Source: an uncultured virus (IMG/VR IMGVR_UViG_3300021376_000011)
Lineage: Duplodnaviria; Heunggongvirae; Uroviricota; Caudoviricetes
IMG/VR virus record: IMGVR_UViG_3300021376_000011
Direction: 5' to 3' (one strand)
DNA length: 64,000 nucleotides
A program made the position numbers and the translations under genes. Positions within the stretch are counted from its first letter, which is position 1. Every line of letters starts with the position of its first letter. Positions 32,240-43,493 of this stretch are shown piece by piece. The notes under the pieces were generated by a model. It had not been told where the DNA came from, searched no databases, and saw nothing but the letters and a program-made list of their open reading frames with translations.

Positions 32240-35200
32240 TTAATCCATTTTAAAATATACTACATCCCCATCATATAACCCCAAATCGGACATAAGTTTC
32301 GATGACATACCCATACCAATTTGGGTAGATTTCGGTCCTCTGCTAATTGGTCCTTCAACTATTATTGAACCAACGGTTTTGTCTAATTGGTAATTAGGAT
32401 TTACCGTTAATTGCACATTGTTTTTTGGGTTTTTAAATGTTGTTTTAGCTGTTTTTATAACATCATTAGTGATTGTTCTTGACAATTGAAAATCCACATT
32501 AAAAAATCTGTAATTTGAATCCTTAACATCAGACCATTGAATTCCATTTGTGAGATTGAATCCCTGTGTATCTTCTATTGGGTACTTTGCTCCACCCATT
32601 CTATATACAATAGTTCTAAACCATTCCTCATTACCGTTTCTAACTTTTTGTATTAGACGAGTTTCATTATATCCATTATATGGTACGCCGAATCTGTTAA
32701 TACCAACTTCTTGGATAACCGTTTCACCTTGTATATTTTTACCTTGTCTGTCCGTAACATATGGTATTCCTTGGTATATAACTGTTTGGTCGGTATCGGT
32801 ATCGTTAGCGGCTCTCTGTTTGATTTTAGCAATTGCTTTTGATTGAATCTTATCAAACAAAACTCTATAACTCGCAACAAATGAATCCCTCGGGTCGGGT
32901 AATGAGGAGTATGGTATTCGTGTTCCTGAAAAACTTGTTGAAATACTATTACCCTTTATCTGATGAGAAACCTCGGTAATCCAATACGAGCCCCTAAACA
33001 TAGGTATGTTTTTTAAATAAAAATACATAGTTGGTTGAATCATAACATTACCCATAGCTGTAACACCACATTTATATGATGCTTGTTTGTAATAATCAAA
33101 CAAACTAACATCAACATTGTGCACACCGGCGCCAGAAGCGGACCTTGACAAATTTTCTAAAACCTCAAAGGATTCTGATGTATTTTTTAATGTGCTTTGG
33201 TCCAGTGTAACTCCTTTGAATATACCTTGATTTTGGTCACCGAAGCTTACCTCAAACGCAACTACTCTATTAGATTTAGATAAATCGTTTTGTGAAAAAC
33301 TTTCTAAAGATGTTATCAATAATGGATTCGGTGTTTGCCCGCCAATGTAAAAACTATCATCAACAAACTTATATGGTTTACTATTGGACATATCAATTCT
33401 TTTCGATGTTTGTCCGGCTAATTGTATGATAACTTTTGGTGTCGCCTCTTGATAATCAACCTCTAAGAATGTACCAAATAAATTTGAGGCAACCTTTTTT
33501 GATGGTGTTATTTTGTTCTTATTTGTCAAATTATTACCGTAAAAATTTATATAAGCGGGTAAAGCCCTCATATCTAATCCGGTACCTTGAATTATCATGG
33601 AAATAGCGTTGTATAAAGGAAGTTTAGAGTTGTTTGGGTTCAATAAAGGTGTAAACTTATCTATGTTTAAATAAAATTTATCACCAATGTCTCTATTAGC
33701 TTTGTCTAAGAATAAAAATTCCTCTAGTAATAAACGTTGACCAATTGAATTACCGGCGGTCCATTTATCGTTAAATGATTTGAAAGTGTTATACAATTCT
33801 AACTTTGTTTGAGTTGAATTGTAACCTCTAAACATATCAATACTAGCAGCAGGATTACCCGTGGCATTACTCGTTAAACCACCTAATAATGGTAAAAGTG
33901 TATTCAAATACAAAGCAAGTCTAGCTTCGGCCCCTTTTGGGGTATTTGTTTCACCTGTACTTTTAAGTATTATCGAATCTTGTAAATAAGTTAAAAAAGC
34001 GGCTTTGGTGTTGGTTCCTCCCGCTTCTCGATATCCACCATATATCTGAGCTAATGGTCTATGTTTTTTTATATTATCTTCAGTTAATTTTATATCTAAT
34101 AAACTAAAGAAATTAACATAGTAACTATCGATATCTTCACCAATGTATAATTTGATAAAATTAAGATTTGGTGTTGTTAAATCCGCAGCACTGAAAGGTT
34201 GTGGTTTATACGTTGTAAGAGCACGATAAGGGTCTACCGCGGTTAAACCATATAAAGAATTTGCGTCAATTTCTTTTGGATTAGCTAAGGTAAATTTTAT
34301 TAAATTAGTGGTGTTTAATATATCTGTGGTAATTGATTGTGCATTTTTCTTTTGTCTTTCTTTCAGAGTGTTACCAATTAATAAATCAATATCGTTGCTA
34401 TCATCATCTTTTTTTTCAACAACAGATAATTTTTTTAAAATGTCTTGAAATTTAGAGTAATTTAAATTTCTAAAAATTGCATATGGTATTTCTTCATTCA
34501 TTTTTTCACTAGCAAAATCAATAAAAAAACTTTCGAAGTACTCAAGTATCTGAGGACTAAATGTACCAATTAAGTCTAATGCTTTTTTGTAATTGGTTGA
34601 TATCGAATACGTGTTACCTGTTGTCCTAAAATAATCATATGGACTTGGGAAGGTTTGTCCACTAAAACTAGTTGATAGGTTATCGTTTAGATACCAAAGT
34701 GTTTTGAATGTTAATTCTTCGGCTAATGTAAATGTGTTACTATCGGATATTTCACTATTTTTATGACCACCAAGAGATGGTAATAAGGTGTAATTTTTAT
34801 CTGATGAGACGTATTTGGAATTATCCATTACCACGTCCCAATAATTCATACCACTTTTTTGTGTAACCCTGTGTAGTAATTTATCTGAAGTACTTGTGGA
34901 AGAATATGAAACATTTCCTAACGTTATGTCGTAAGTGGCATAATCATTTACTATTTGACTGTAAACAGTTTGATAAAATGGTCTTATGCCCACATTTGTG
35001 AAACCGGTATATGTGACACCTGATGTGGAGCCAGATGATGTTGATATTTTTGGTATTACATCAAAAGTTACATACTCATCAGAAACCGCTAATACTGTTG
35101 CACCTGTTAGTCCCGTAAGTGGTGTTTGTGAAATTGTAAATCCTGTAGTGCTTGTAATATTTGTAATATATGTGTTTGGCGCCGTTTGTCCTGTACCAGC

Positions 35201-38200
35201 AATAACTGTTACGGTCATTCCTGTTTGTAAATTCACCGTGCTTGTTACATTAATCGTTGTACCACTACTACTTGCGTTCGTTAATGTTTCTGATATTAAC
35301 ACTCCGTTATTATCAAAAAGAGTTTTACCCGATAACGGTCTGGTTAAATAACTCGAGTTTATACACCCATTTAAAATATCATAACCATCTATTAGGTGTG
35401 TTTTATATCTATGATAAATTGAACCCCATTTCAATATCAAATGATATGGAATAAAATGAGTGGACGATACCTCTCTAAATAAAGATGATGTTAATATTTT
35501 TTTATTCTCGAAGGTTATTTCCTCGTCTAAATCAATAAATGGTAATGAATTTAATAACAAATACGAAGAACCAACATACTTACCTTGTGGGGTTGATTTA
35601 TTGAAATCATTAAATAATTGATTGTGAAAATAAGGGGTGTTTAATATTGAGGTTGTGTTTCCTGATACAGATAATGTGTTAGTAAACATGTCAACTTCAC
35701 CCGATAATAATTTTGATACGTCATTATAACCTGTTTTCAACCAACTGTTTATCTCTATCGGCGAACAAATAAATCCTTGTGAACTATTAACCTTTAGAAT
35801 TCCATTGAATTTAAAATTGTCTCTCGTAAAGTTTGTCTTACCTAAATAATTCAAATATGTTGTTGAATTAAAAGGATATATGTCTGTTCTATATGCTTCA
35901 GGTTCGTAATCAATTAAAATCTTATTTAAATCGTCTTCTTTTAAATCACCCGTAGGATTAGTGGCGGATTCGTCATATTTTTCAAATTTGAATGGTTCTT
36001 CGATTACGTTTGATATGTAATTTGTTGTTGGTAAATGGTCTTTAAAATAATTAAACCTTTCAAATGGTGACAGACCTGGTAAGTATCCATTATATACGGT
36101 AGTGGTTTTGGGTGTCCCATCTTCATTTTTTTGAATAACACCATTTTCTAATAAATTTGTTTTTGTAACAGGAGCAATCAATTTATTTTTATTAGTTATT
36201 GTTTTTGCTAACTCAATAATGTCATTATCGTCTTTTATTAATTCTTGAATATTTTTAAACTCTTCGTTGGCTAATTGTATAATCATTTGGTCATTAAAAG
36301 AATCAAACAGTGTTGTATAAAGAGCCCTTTCGTAAAGTTCATAAACAAATGCCGCGTAACTTTTATCAATAAATGGTATTGATTCATTTATAACGTCAAT
36401 ACCTGATAAGTCTTCAATTTTTTGATTTTCAGTGTTCGAATCAAAAACATAGTTTACGTCATTTCTTGTGGGTTCGTTATTTACATTTGTTTCTACCCTA
36501 TTAGTAACAATTTTAATATATTCTTCAATAAAATCAACTTCAGGCCAAAGGGTTTTGTCATAAGATTTTAATTTGTGAACTAATTCTTCATCACCAGGAT
36601 ATGCAATTACATTTTGTTTACCACCACCTTGGGGTTTTTTTACTTCAGGCCATGGATATATATTTTCACCCTTAGATTCTTTTGATAAGTTTGTGAGTGT
36701 TTTTTTTCTATTGTTCGCGGCTTCAAACGCTTTATTATGAACGTCCTTCATTAATCTTATGAAAACTTCGGCATTGGCCAATAGGACCGCGAACATGTTT
36801 CTAACGGTAGGTTCAAACCCAAATCCATATTCATTACTTTTAATGACCTTGTTCATTTCTCTTTCAACATCGTCTTCAACTTTTTTTCTTTGTTCCTCAA
36901 ATGATTTTCTGATTTGAAATATGTCTTCAAAAATTCCATCAATATAAACGACAACTTTTTTGTCATTGAGAACCTTATAATATGAACTAATATTTTTTAC
37001 GTTTCTAATTGAGATTCTTTTAAAATCCCCACTTGTTTTATTTATTAAGACATTATTATTGTATAATTCTTGGGTTAAAAGCTTGGTTTTACCCATCGCG
37101 GTATTGAAACTGGTTAAAAGAAGTTCAAGAGCTCCCGCACCATTACCTAATATGTGTTTTGTTTCTGTTTTATCTTTTGCATTCAAATAAAACCACAAAT
37201 CACTAACAGTCTCGTTGTTTGTTGAGGTTTTAGTAAATGATGTATATTCTTGTGATAGATACTGTTTACCCCAAGCTTTTATTGAATTTTCAAAATCATT
37301 GAGAAGGGTGTCCATTTCTTTTATACCAGAAAACACATCCATACTGACTTTACTAAAAATTTGTTGTTCTAGTATTTTATCAAGACTTTCCGCGATGTAC
37401 CCAATTTCTTTTAGTGTACGAACAGGAAAACCTTTCGGGATTAAACCTTTTTGTTCATACTGCCTATATACTGATTTTAATATCGAATAACCTCTTGATG
37501 ATTGTTTTACTGTCGTTTCGTATAATCCAGTGTTTTGATTAAATTTTGTATTGTCTTTTTCTTCAACCAAAAACATATAAGGACAGTTAATAATCGCTGA
37601 TAGAGGAATGTCATTCAACCACGCAAAAGTGGAACCCACAAATTTTGTTGTGATTTCAAAATTACCATTAGAATCATTAAATCTAGATTTGAAATCAATC
37701 ATATGTAATCTGTATCGAATAGCTTTACCATAATAACCTTTAACAGTTAAATAAAAGATTGGCCATGGTAAATGGAAAAAAGCCCTGTATGGTGAATTTT
37801 CTGAGGATTCAAAAAGTGTTTTTCCTCTTACGTCAACAAAGTTTATAGTAATTTGTGGAACAAAGTTAGCCCCTTTTACATCGATGTTTATTGAATCAAT
37901 ACCAAATGTTTGTGCGGTTGGGTCTTTAAATTGGTCTTCACCAAATGTTACATCATATCCGTCTTTATATGTGGATTCTTGTCCTTGAATTGGTTTTGGA
38001 ACAAAGGCATCCGTCCATGTTGTGTCAAAGTTACCGTCTCCACTAGCGTTTCTTAAGAAATTAAGATTACCCTTAGCAATTTGTGTTAAGGTATTTCCTA
38101 AATTATCATCAGCAATGAGAGTCGTTCTTGGAATTAAATCAGCTTCCAAGTTCGCATACATGACTAAGTTTTCTTGTTTATGTCCTCTTGGTTGAACTTC

Positions 38201-38305
38201 TCCGTTTGAATCGACAACACTATTTGGGTCAACATAAATAAGATTGTTTTGGTCAACTTTTACAAGTATGTTTTCATTATTTGGGTAATCATTATTGCTC
38301 GCCAT
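32240..38305 (-). CDS. Very large tail/baseplate hub-associated protein (2021 aa)
   Basis: Follows a gp53/LysM-like gene; C-terminal MGNVMIQPTMYFYL...GSYWITEVSHQI...STSFSG resembles the end of gp27/gpD-type hub domains. Confidence 0.55.
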   Translation of the reverse strand: MASNNDYPNNENILVKVDQNNLIYVDPNSVVDSNGEVQPRGHKQENLVMYANLEADLIPRTTLIADDNLGNTLTQIAKGNLNFLRNASGDGNFDTTWTDAFVPKPIQGQESTYKDGYDVTFGEDQFKDPTAQTFGIDSINIDVKGANFVPQITINFVDVRGKTLFESSENSPYRAFFHLPWPIFYLTVKGYYGKAIRYRLHMIDFKSRFNDSNGNFEITTKFVGSTFAWLNDIPLSAIINCPYMFLVEEKDNTKFNQNTGLYETTVKQSSRGYSILKSVYRQYEQKGLIPKGFPVRTLKEIGYIAESLDKILEQQIFSKVSMDVFSGIKEMDTLLNDFENSIKAWGKQYLSQEYTSFTKTSTNNETVSDLWFYLNAKDKTETKHILGNGAGALELLLTSFNTAMGKTKLLTQELYNNNVLINKTSGDFKRISIRNVKNISSYYKVLNDKKVVVYIDGIFEDIFQIRKSFEEQRKKVEDDVEREMNKVIKSNEYGFGFEPTVRNMFAVLLANAEVFIRLMKDVHNKAFEAANNRKKTLTNLSKESKGENIYPWPEVKKPQGGGKQNVIAYPGDEELVHKLKSYDKTLWPEVDFIEEYIKIVTNRVETNVNNEPTRNDVNYVFDSNTENQKIEDLSGIDVINESIPFIDKSYAAFVYELYERALYTTLFDSFNDQMIIQLANEEFKNIQELIKDDNDIIELAKTITNKNKLIAPVTKTNLLENGVIQKNEDGTPKTTTVYNGYLPGLSPFERFNYFKDHLPTTNYISNVIEEPFKFEKYDESATNPTGDLKEDDLNKILIDYEPEAYRTDIYPFNSTTYLNYLGKTNFTRDNFKFNGILKVNSSQGFICSPIEINSWLKTGYNDVSKLLSGEVDMFTNTLSVSGNTTSILNTPYFHNQLFNDFNKSTPQGKYVGSSYLLLNSLPFIDLDEEITFENKKILTSSLFREVSSTHFIPYHLILKWGSIYHRYKTHLIDGYDILNGCINSSYLTRPLSGKTLFDNNGVLISETLTNASSSGTTINVTSTVNLQTGMTVTVIAGTGQTAPNTYITNITSTTGFTISQTPLTGLTGATVLAVSDEYVTFDVIPKISTSSGSTSGVTYTGFTNVGIRPFYQTVYSQIVNDYATYDITLGNVSYSSTSTSDKLLHRVTQKSGMNYWDVVMDNSKYVSSDKNYTLLPSLGGHKNSEISDSNTFTLAEELTFKTLWYLNDNLSTSFSGQTFPSPYDYFRTTGNTYSISTNYKKALDLIGTFSPQILEYFESFFIDFASEKMNEEIPYAIFRNLNYSKFQDILKKLSVVEKKDDDSNDIDLLIGNTLKERQKKNAQSITTDILNTTNLIKFTLANPKEIDANSLYGLTAVDPYRALTTYKPQPFSAADLTTPNLNFIKLYIGEDIDSYYVNFFSLLDIKLTEDNIKKHRPLAQIYGGYREAGGTNTKAAFLTYLQDSIILKSTGETNTPKGAEARLALYLNTLLPLLGGLTSNATGNPAASIDMFRGYNSTQTKLELYNTFKSFNDKWTAGNSIGQRLLLEEFLFLDKANRDIGDKFYLNIDKFTPLLNPNNSKLPLYNAISMIIQGTGLDMRALPAYINFYGNNLTNKNKITPSKKVASNLFGTFLEVDYQEATPKVIIQLAGQTSKRIDMSNSKPYKFVDDSFYIGGQTPNPLLITSLESFSQNDLSKSNRVVAFEVSFGDQNQGIFKGVTLDQSTLKNTSESFEVLENLSRSASGAGVHNVDVSLFDYYKQASYKCGVTAMGNVMIQPTMYFYLKNIPMFRGSYWITEVSHQIKGNSISTSFSGTRIPYSSLPDPRDSFVASYRVLFDKIQSKAIAKIKQRAANDTDTDQTVIYQGIPYVTDRQGKNIQGETVIQEVGINRFGVPYNGYNETRLIQKVRNGNEEWFRTIVYRMGGAKYPIEDTQGFNLTNGIQWSDVKDSNYRFFNVDFQLSRTITNDVIKTAKTTFKNPKNNVQLTVNPNYQLDKTVGSIIVEGPISRGPKSTQIGMGMSSKLMSDLGLYDGDVVYFKMD

Positions 38306-38618
38306 AATATAGATTATATAATTCTATACTTCTTTTATAATCTTGTAAAGACGTTGTAAGAGGAAAGGGTACTCTAATAACAGTATTATCAGGTATTTCA
38401 AATTCAATACTTCCCGCCGTTGGATTTGCCTGTAATATTAACCATCCAAACACTGGTGAACCATAATAATCTTGCGATATTTTATCAAACCTATCTCTAC
38501 CCTTTTTATAAAACATATATCTATCCGAAGATTTTATTGGGATTTCAATCCCTGGTACAATCCTAAATTTACCGTCTTCAATAAAAAACTGATATCTATC
38601 AAAATACTGTCTACTCAT
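38292..38618 (-). CDS. Baseplate protein, T4 gp53 / tail-X / LysM-like (108 aa)
   Basis: GRDRFDKISQDYYGSPVFGWLILQANP...VIRVP pattern. Confidence 0.8.
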   Translation of the reverse strand: MSRQYFDRYQFFIEDGKFRIVPGIEIPIKSSDRYMFYKKGRDRFDKISQDYYGSPVFGWLILQANPTAGSIEFEIPDNTVIRVPFPLTTSLQDYKRSIELYNLYYGEQ

Positions 38619-41600
38619 TATTGTGGTCTATAATAATTTAATTTATCTGTAACTTCGTTTGATGTTGAAAAGATTTGGTTCGCTTCATCTATTATTGTTT
38701 GGTTTGTTTCATCTGTTGTGGATGAAATTCCAAACTTAATTTCTTTATCGCTTTTCCTTTTTTTGAATTTTGTTAATTTAAATTTCTGTTCTTCTGGTTT
38801 TTCAACAAATTTATTTAATCTTTTTTTCAATTGATTTTTTAAATGGTCTTTATATAACAAAGGGTCTTTTAGCTCTGATATAAATGCTTCTACTTTATCG
38901 AATAACAATTGTTTCATCATAAATTCAAAATCCGCCGATTGTATTGTTGGATTTAAAAATGTAATATTGGTAGATAAACCATCAACTAATTTCGGTGCGT
39001 TTGTCTCAATATAATCAACACATGTACTGTATTCGTTATATAACAAATCCGAAGTAAAACCACTTATTGCAACAGATTTAACAATACTATCTTGTACTGT
39101 TGAATCTTTACCATTTTTAATAACAAAATTAACCCTATCTAAATCAGATATTAATTGATTTCTTGATTTTTCCAATTCATCCAATATTTGAGTAGAATCG
39201 GTGAGTTCATTTATTTTATTTTCAATTATCTCTTTAGTTATAAAATCTTTTAATTTGACATTTGTATCTGTAAGTATTGAGCCGGTCATTTCTTTATCAA
39301 ACTCAACCATATTAACTAAATAAGTTGAAGACGAGTCATTAAGAAAATTAGCCAACCCTGTTTTTAATCCTGATGTATAAACGGTTAATTCTTGTGTCTT
39401 TTTATATAAACCAAGTAATGATAATGTTTTACCCGGTGTTGGTGATGTTGAGGTGTAAATGTCGTATTGATTTATTGGTCTATATTCACCCTTAAATAAA
39501 AGAGCAGTAATATCTTTACCGTATTTTGTATAAACTTTGTTATACGTGTCTTGATACTTATCAAAATAACTTTCTGTTGAGGTGAAGACGGATTTAATTA
39601 TGTCCGTATATTTTATACTGTTACCATCAAGGGTACCCATATAATTTCCATCTTTTACATTTTTAGTATTTTGAGATTGATTGTTTTTGTTAATGGCGTT
39701 TGTATAAGTTTTGTTCAAATCTGCTAAAAATTCACGAGTAAATTCTTCAGCATTTCTACCTCCAATAGTTTCGTTTGTTGCGATTGACCTCTCATCGTAC
39801 ATTTCTGTGTTTGCAAAGAAATTAGATGATAAGGCGTTTTGTAATCTTTCAACAGGTTTAGATAATCCTTGTCCACCAATAAAATTTATAGATAATGTTA
39901 CCGACGCAATCATAGGTTGAACTCCAATGCCTTCGGGGTTCAAATCAAATAGTATTTGCCCACCGTCATCATAAGAAATGTTTACATCTCTAATTACTAT
40001 TTTTGAGTGATAAAAATCACCAATTCTTAAGACACAAACAGGCGGTGGTCCAAACGCGGTGTTTCTTGCTCTAACATCTGATTCTTCCGAAATACCTTTA
40101 ATTGGGATGGTGTCTCCCGGTCTAATACATTGTTGTAAAAATGTAAGTCTAGCATTTAAACCTTCAGGTGTTGTTGAATGAAATGCTGGATGAAAATATT
40201 TTAATTTTTCTTTAAGTGATGAGAAAACAATCGGGTCAGTTTCTTCTAATTTTTTAAAGTAAAAACATTCGGATAGTGTTTTTGCGATAATTCTTTTTAG
40301 TGGGTCAATGGCGGGTTTTCTTGTTGGTGGGTTCACAACAACCTGTCCATTTTCTTCTATTTTTGTTATAGGTGGTTGTGGTGTTGGTGTATCGGGTTGT
40401 TTCTTCTCTGATTTATTATTGTACTTTAAAGACATTGCCGTTTGTCTACAATAGAACGCAATTGGTGAGTATTGTTTTAATTTTGGTACTCTAACGAAAT
40501 CTTTATTAACACAATCTTTATCAGGTTGGGTCCCAGTTAATGTTTCACCATAATTGACCGATTCTACAATAATTTTAGTATCATGTTCAAATCCAAAATC
40601 TTTTGTATTATACTCTTTTAATATAACAATCGGTTGTCCTTGTTGAATTATTTCTTTATCGTTTTCAGAGTTATCTTTGTTTACTAAATTTAAATTTTCT
40701 GGCCATTTTATTTGCCATTCTTTTTTTCCTCCGACAGCCGATAATCTATCAAAAATATCTTGAATTACGGAGTGACTTCTTCTTAGTGATAATCTTTCGT
40801 TGTAATCATTAGTCGCAACTGATGAACATGAAGATAAAATTTGAAATCTAATTGTTTCCGCCGTTTTACCAGATATGTCTGATATTAAACTATTTAAACT
40901 AGATACGTATTTATTAAATGACACATCAGCTTGGTCAAAATAATCACCGATTTTTGTTTTTTGAGCATCAATGTCGGATTGTGTTATAACGTGATTAGCA
41001 TCACCAAAAATAAAAGATTTTTCTGTTTTTACTTGAGTGTCTGTTTGAGACAAACCAGTTAAAGTATTTAACGCGGCACCTAATTCATCAATATAAGCTT
41101 GTTTTTGGCCTTTGTAATCGTCGTATAATTCTGTATAATTTTTTGTGGTATCAAGGTCTAAACTTGGTCCCGGTCTATCATTTTCATACTTTAATTTAAT
41201 TATAACCTCATCAACAGGTTTAGAATCTGCTTCGTTACCTTGTGTTGTCGTGTTTGTTGGTGTTGTCTCTGTTGGGTACTCAGTGGTTACCTTATATTGT
41301 TTGATAGTTTCAGGGTCTTGTCCTTGATTTAATAAACTTTGAATCAGTTTTATATCGTTTGTATCTAATTGAGTAAATCTTCTAATTAATTCGTAGAAAT
41401 CCAATTCCTTACAACCAGCAAAAAAAGCGTTGATATAATTTTCAGATTCTTCCTCTGACATTCCTTTGAAAAGTTCTCTCACTAATAAATTTAAGATACT
41501 CGGGTGGTCAACAACAACCTTAAATGATAATTGCCCACTTCTTGATGTGTCTTGATATGTATATATTGGTTCGGGTCTACCCAAAAAAGTATTGTCTTGC

Positions 41601-43465
41601 CATCTCGCTTGGTTGTTTTCACTAATCTTTAAATCGTATGGTGGAAACCACATAACCCTACCCCCATTGTTACCTCTTTCACAAAATGGTAAATCATTGT
41701 ATGTAAATCCTGGTGTATTTGATGTTCTCCATGCTAAGTTTTCAATTGAAAACATATATTTTTTAGCATAAAATCCATCACCCGTTCCGACACCGTTTGG
41801 TGTTTCAAATATATTTGTTGAGTTTTTAGACCCAAATGAATTTTTAAAACTATTTTTTGCATCATAGTTTCCGCTTGATATAGGTGCAATATTAATATTA
41901 TACGGTCTACTATCACCACCCATTACACTATCATCGAACTTTCTAATATTAGCGGTTCTTTTCATTGTATCTGAATAGTTCATATAGGACCTATCTTTAG
42001 TCCAAACACGACAATATTCAGCTCCTGTTTCTTGTTTATACTTATCAACAAACTTAATTGCGGAACCTCGTGACAACATACTATCACCCTCTTTAAAGAT
42101 TCTACTGGTTTGGTCAATAACGTTACCAACATGTGTTCTTGTTGCTTGACCATCTTTAGGCATTGAATCCAATATTTCTTGAGTTTTACCTAAAATTGAA
42201 TCTTCTCTAAATCCGTATTTTGTTGAAATTGAATTGTTATAATCGTTACTTTCTCTTGATTGGAATTCCTCGTTCCATAATCCAATCTTATTCTTTGAGT
42301 TTTTACTAATCCACGTAAGTTTACCACTAATTGGTCCACCTTGGGAAATATTTCTTTGTCTCTCAAATAAAGCGGCTTGTACCGGGTCAAACATTAAACT
42401 TAAGAAGTAACTACTTTTAACCATGTTGTCATTAAAATCTGACATAGTATATTTTACGTCTTCCGCTCTATCGTCTCCAATATAAGCAACACCTTTTGGT
42501 GCTTCAAGTCCTAAAAAGTTTTTAATTCCACCGGCAACATTGTTTGCAAAATTAAAAAGTTTTGATGATTGTTGTGACCTTGCTGTTGTTGTGTAATTTG
42601 GTGCGTATGTTGAATATGATAATTGGTCAAACAAAATTTGTTTCTGACCCTCACCTAAGTATTCAACCATTAAGTCAGATGGTTTTCTACCTAATTTTGG
42701 TCTTCTTTGAATACCAACTAAACTACCTAAAACACCTGTTACATCTTGTAATATCGCACCCGCTTCGGTTTTTGGTGTCGGTCTATTTACAATAGGGTTT
42801 CTTGGGTTGCTTAAATAATCTCCTGGTATTTCACTAAATGGAAATTCAATACCCGCAACCGTTTGGAGAAAATCTACACCTTTACCTAATAAACTTTTAG
42901 CAACAGTAATTTTATAGTTTTTTTCAATTAGAGGTTCTCTTCCTGTAACTATGTTTATCGCTGTTGCGATGTTACCATCCAATGCGTCAAGTATTCTAGC
43001 CCTACCTAAAGTTGCTGATTCTAAATTTTGTTGTAGTCTGGCTAATACAGGACCTTGTTTGTTTTCTCTAATATTTTGTGTAGCAAATTTCATTAACCTC
43101 GAATCGTCATCGAAGTTTTGACCCGCCATAATACTAACTAAATTAGTTGTTTGGGGTTCAAACGAATTAATATAACCCGCAGATAAAATACCACCATTTA
43201 GTTGTGATAAAGTTGGTAAAGACGTGTTTGTGTATTCCTCAATAGTGCTATTTGGTGGAATATATAGGTTAATAAAATTTTGACCAAAGTATACCGACCA
43301 ATTTGTTTTAACATCACCAGGGTCAACATTAGCAAAATTGTTTAGATTTTGAACAACGTAATTTGTATCAGTAAACGTTTGAGGTCCATTGGGTCTGTTT
43401 AGGGTTTTTGAAATTAAAAAATCTCTAAACGCTTTGGTAGTATTAAAATCTAAATATGTTGGCAT
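38618..43465 (-). CDS. Large tail/baseplate protein (1615 aa) with an OmpA-C-like segment
   Basis: WQDNTFLGRPEPIYTYQDTSRSGQLSF resembles tube-initiator domains; YNERLSLRRSHSV resembles the OmpA-C motif. Confidence 0.55.
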   Translation of the reverse strand: MPTYLDFNTTKAFRDFLISKTLNRPNGPQTFTDTNYVVQNLNNFANVDPGDVKTNWSVYFGQNFINLYIPPNSTIEEYTNTSLPTLSQLNGGILSAGYINSFEPQTTNLVSIMAGQNFDDDSRLMKFATQNIRENKQGPVLARLQQNLESATLGRARILDALDGNIATAINIVTGREPLIEKNYKITVAKSLLGKGVDFLQTVAGIEFPFSEIPGDYLSNPRNPIVNRPTPKTEAGAILQDVTGVLGSLVGIQRRPKLGRKPSDLMVEYLGEGQKQILFDQLSYSTYAPNYTTTARSQQSSKLFNFANNVAGGIKNFLGLEAPKGVAYIGDDRAEDVKYTMSDFNDNMVKSSYFLSLMFDPVQAALFERQRNISQGGPISGKLTWISKNSKNKIGLWNEEFQSRESNDYNNSISTKYGFREDSILGKTQEILDSMPKDGQATRTHVGNVIDQTSRIFKEGDSMLSRGSAIKFVDKYKQETGAEYCRVWTKDRSYMNYSDTMKRTANIRKFDDSVMGGDSRPYNINIAPISSGNYDAKNSFKNSFGSKNSTNIFETPNGVGTGDGFYAKKYMFSIENLAWRTSNTPGFTYNDLPFCERGNNGGRVMWFPPYDLKISENNQARWQDNTFLGRPEPIYTYQDTSRSGQLSFKVVVDHPSILNLLVRELFKGMSEEESENYINAFFAGCKELDFYELIRRFTQLDTNDIKLIQSLLNQGQDPETIKQYKVTTEYPTETTPTNTTTQGNEADSKPVDEVIIKLKYENDRPGPSLDLDTTKNYTELYDDYKGQKQAYIDELGAALNTLTGLSQTDTQVKTEKSFIFGDANHVITQSDIDAQKTKIGDYFDQADVSFNKYVSSLNSLISDISGKTAETIRFQILSSCSSVATNDYNERLSLRRSHSVIQDIFDRLSAVGGKKEWQIKWPENLNLVNKDNSENDKEIIQQGQPIVILKEYNTKDFGFEHDTKIIVESVNYGETLTGTQPDKDCVNKDFVRVPKLKQYSPIAFYCRQTAMSLKYNNKSEKKQPDTPTPQPPITKIEENGQVVVNPPTRKPAIDPLKRIIAKTLSECFYFKKLEETDPIVFSSLKEKLKYFHPAFHSTTPEGLNARLTFLQQCIRPGDTIPIKGISEESDVRARNTAFGPPPVCVLRIGDFYHSKIVIRDVNISYDDGGQILFDLNPEGIGVQPMIASVTLSINFIGGQGLSKPVERLQNALSSNFFANTEMYDERSIATNETIGGRNAEEFTREFLADLNKTYTNAINKNNQSQNTKNVKDGNYMGTLDGNSIKYTDIIKSVFTSTESYFDKYQDTYNKVYTKYGKDITALLFKGEYRPINQYDIYTSTSPTPGKTLSLLGLYKKTQELTVYTSGLKTGLANFLNDSSSTYLVNMVEFDKEMTGSILTDTNVKLKDFITKEIIENKINELTDSTQILDELEKSRNQLISDLDRVNFVIKNGKDSTVQDSIVKSVAISGFTSDLLYNEYSTCVDYIETNAPKLVDGLSTNITFLNPTIQSADFEFMMKQLLFDKVEAFISELKDPLLYKDHLKNQLKKRLNKFVEKPEEQKFKLTKFKKRKSDKEIKFGISSTTDETNQTIIDEANQIFSTSNEVTDKLNYYRPQ

Positions 43466-43493
43466 TTACATTATAAATAGAAACTTTTTAATT

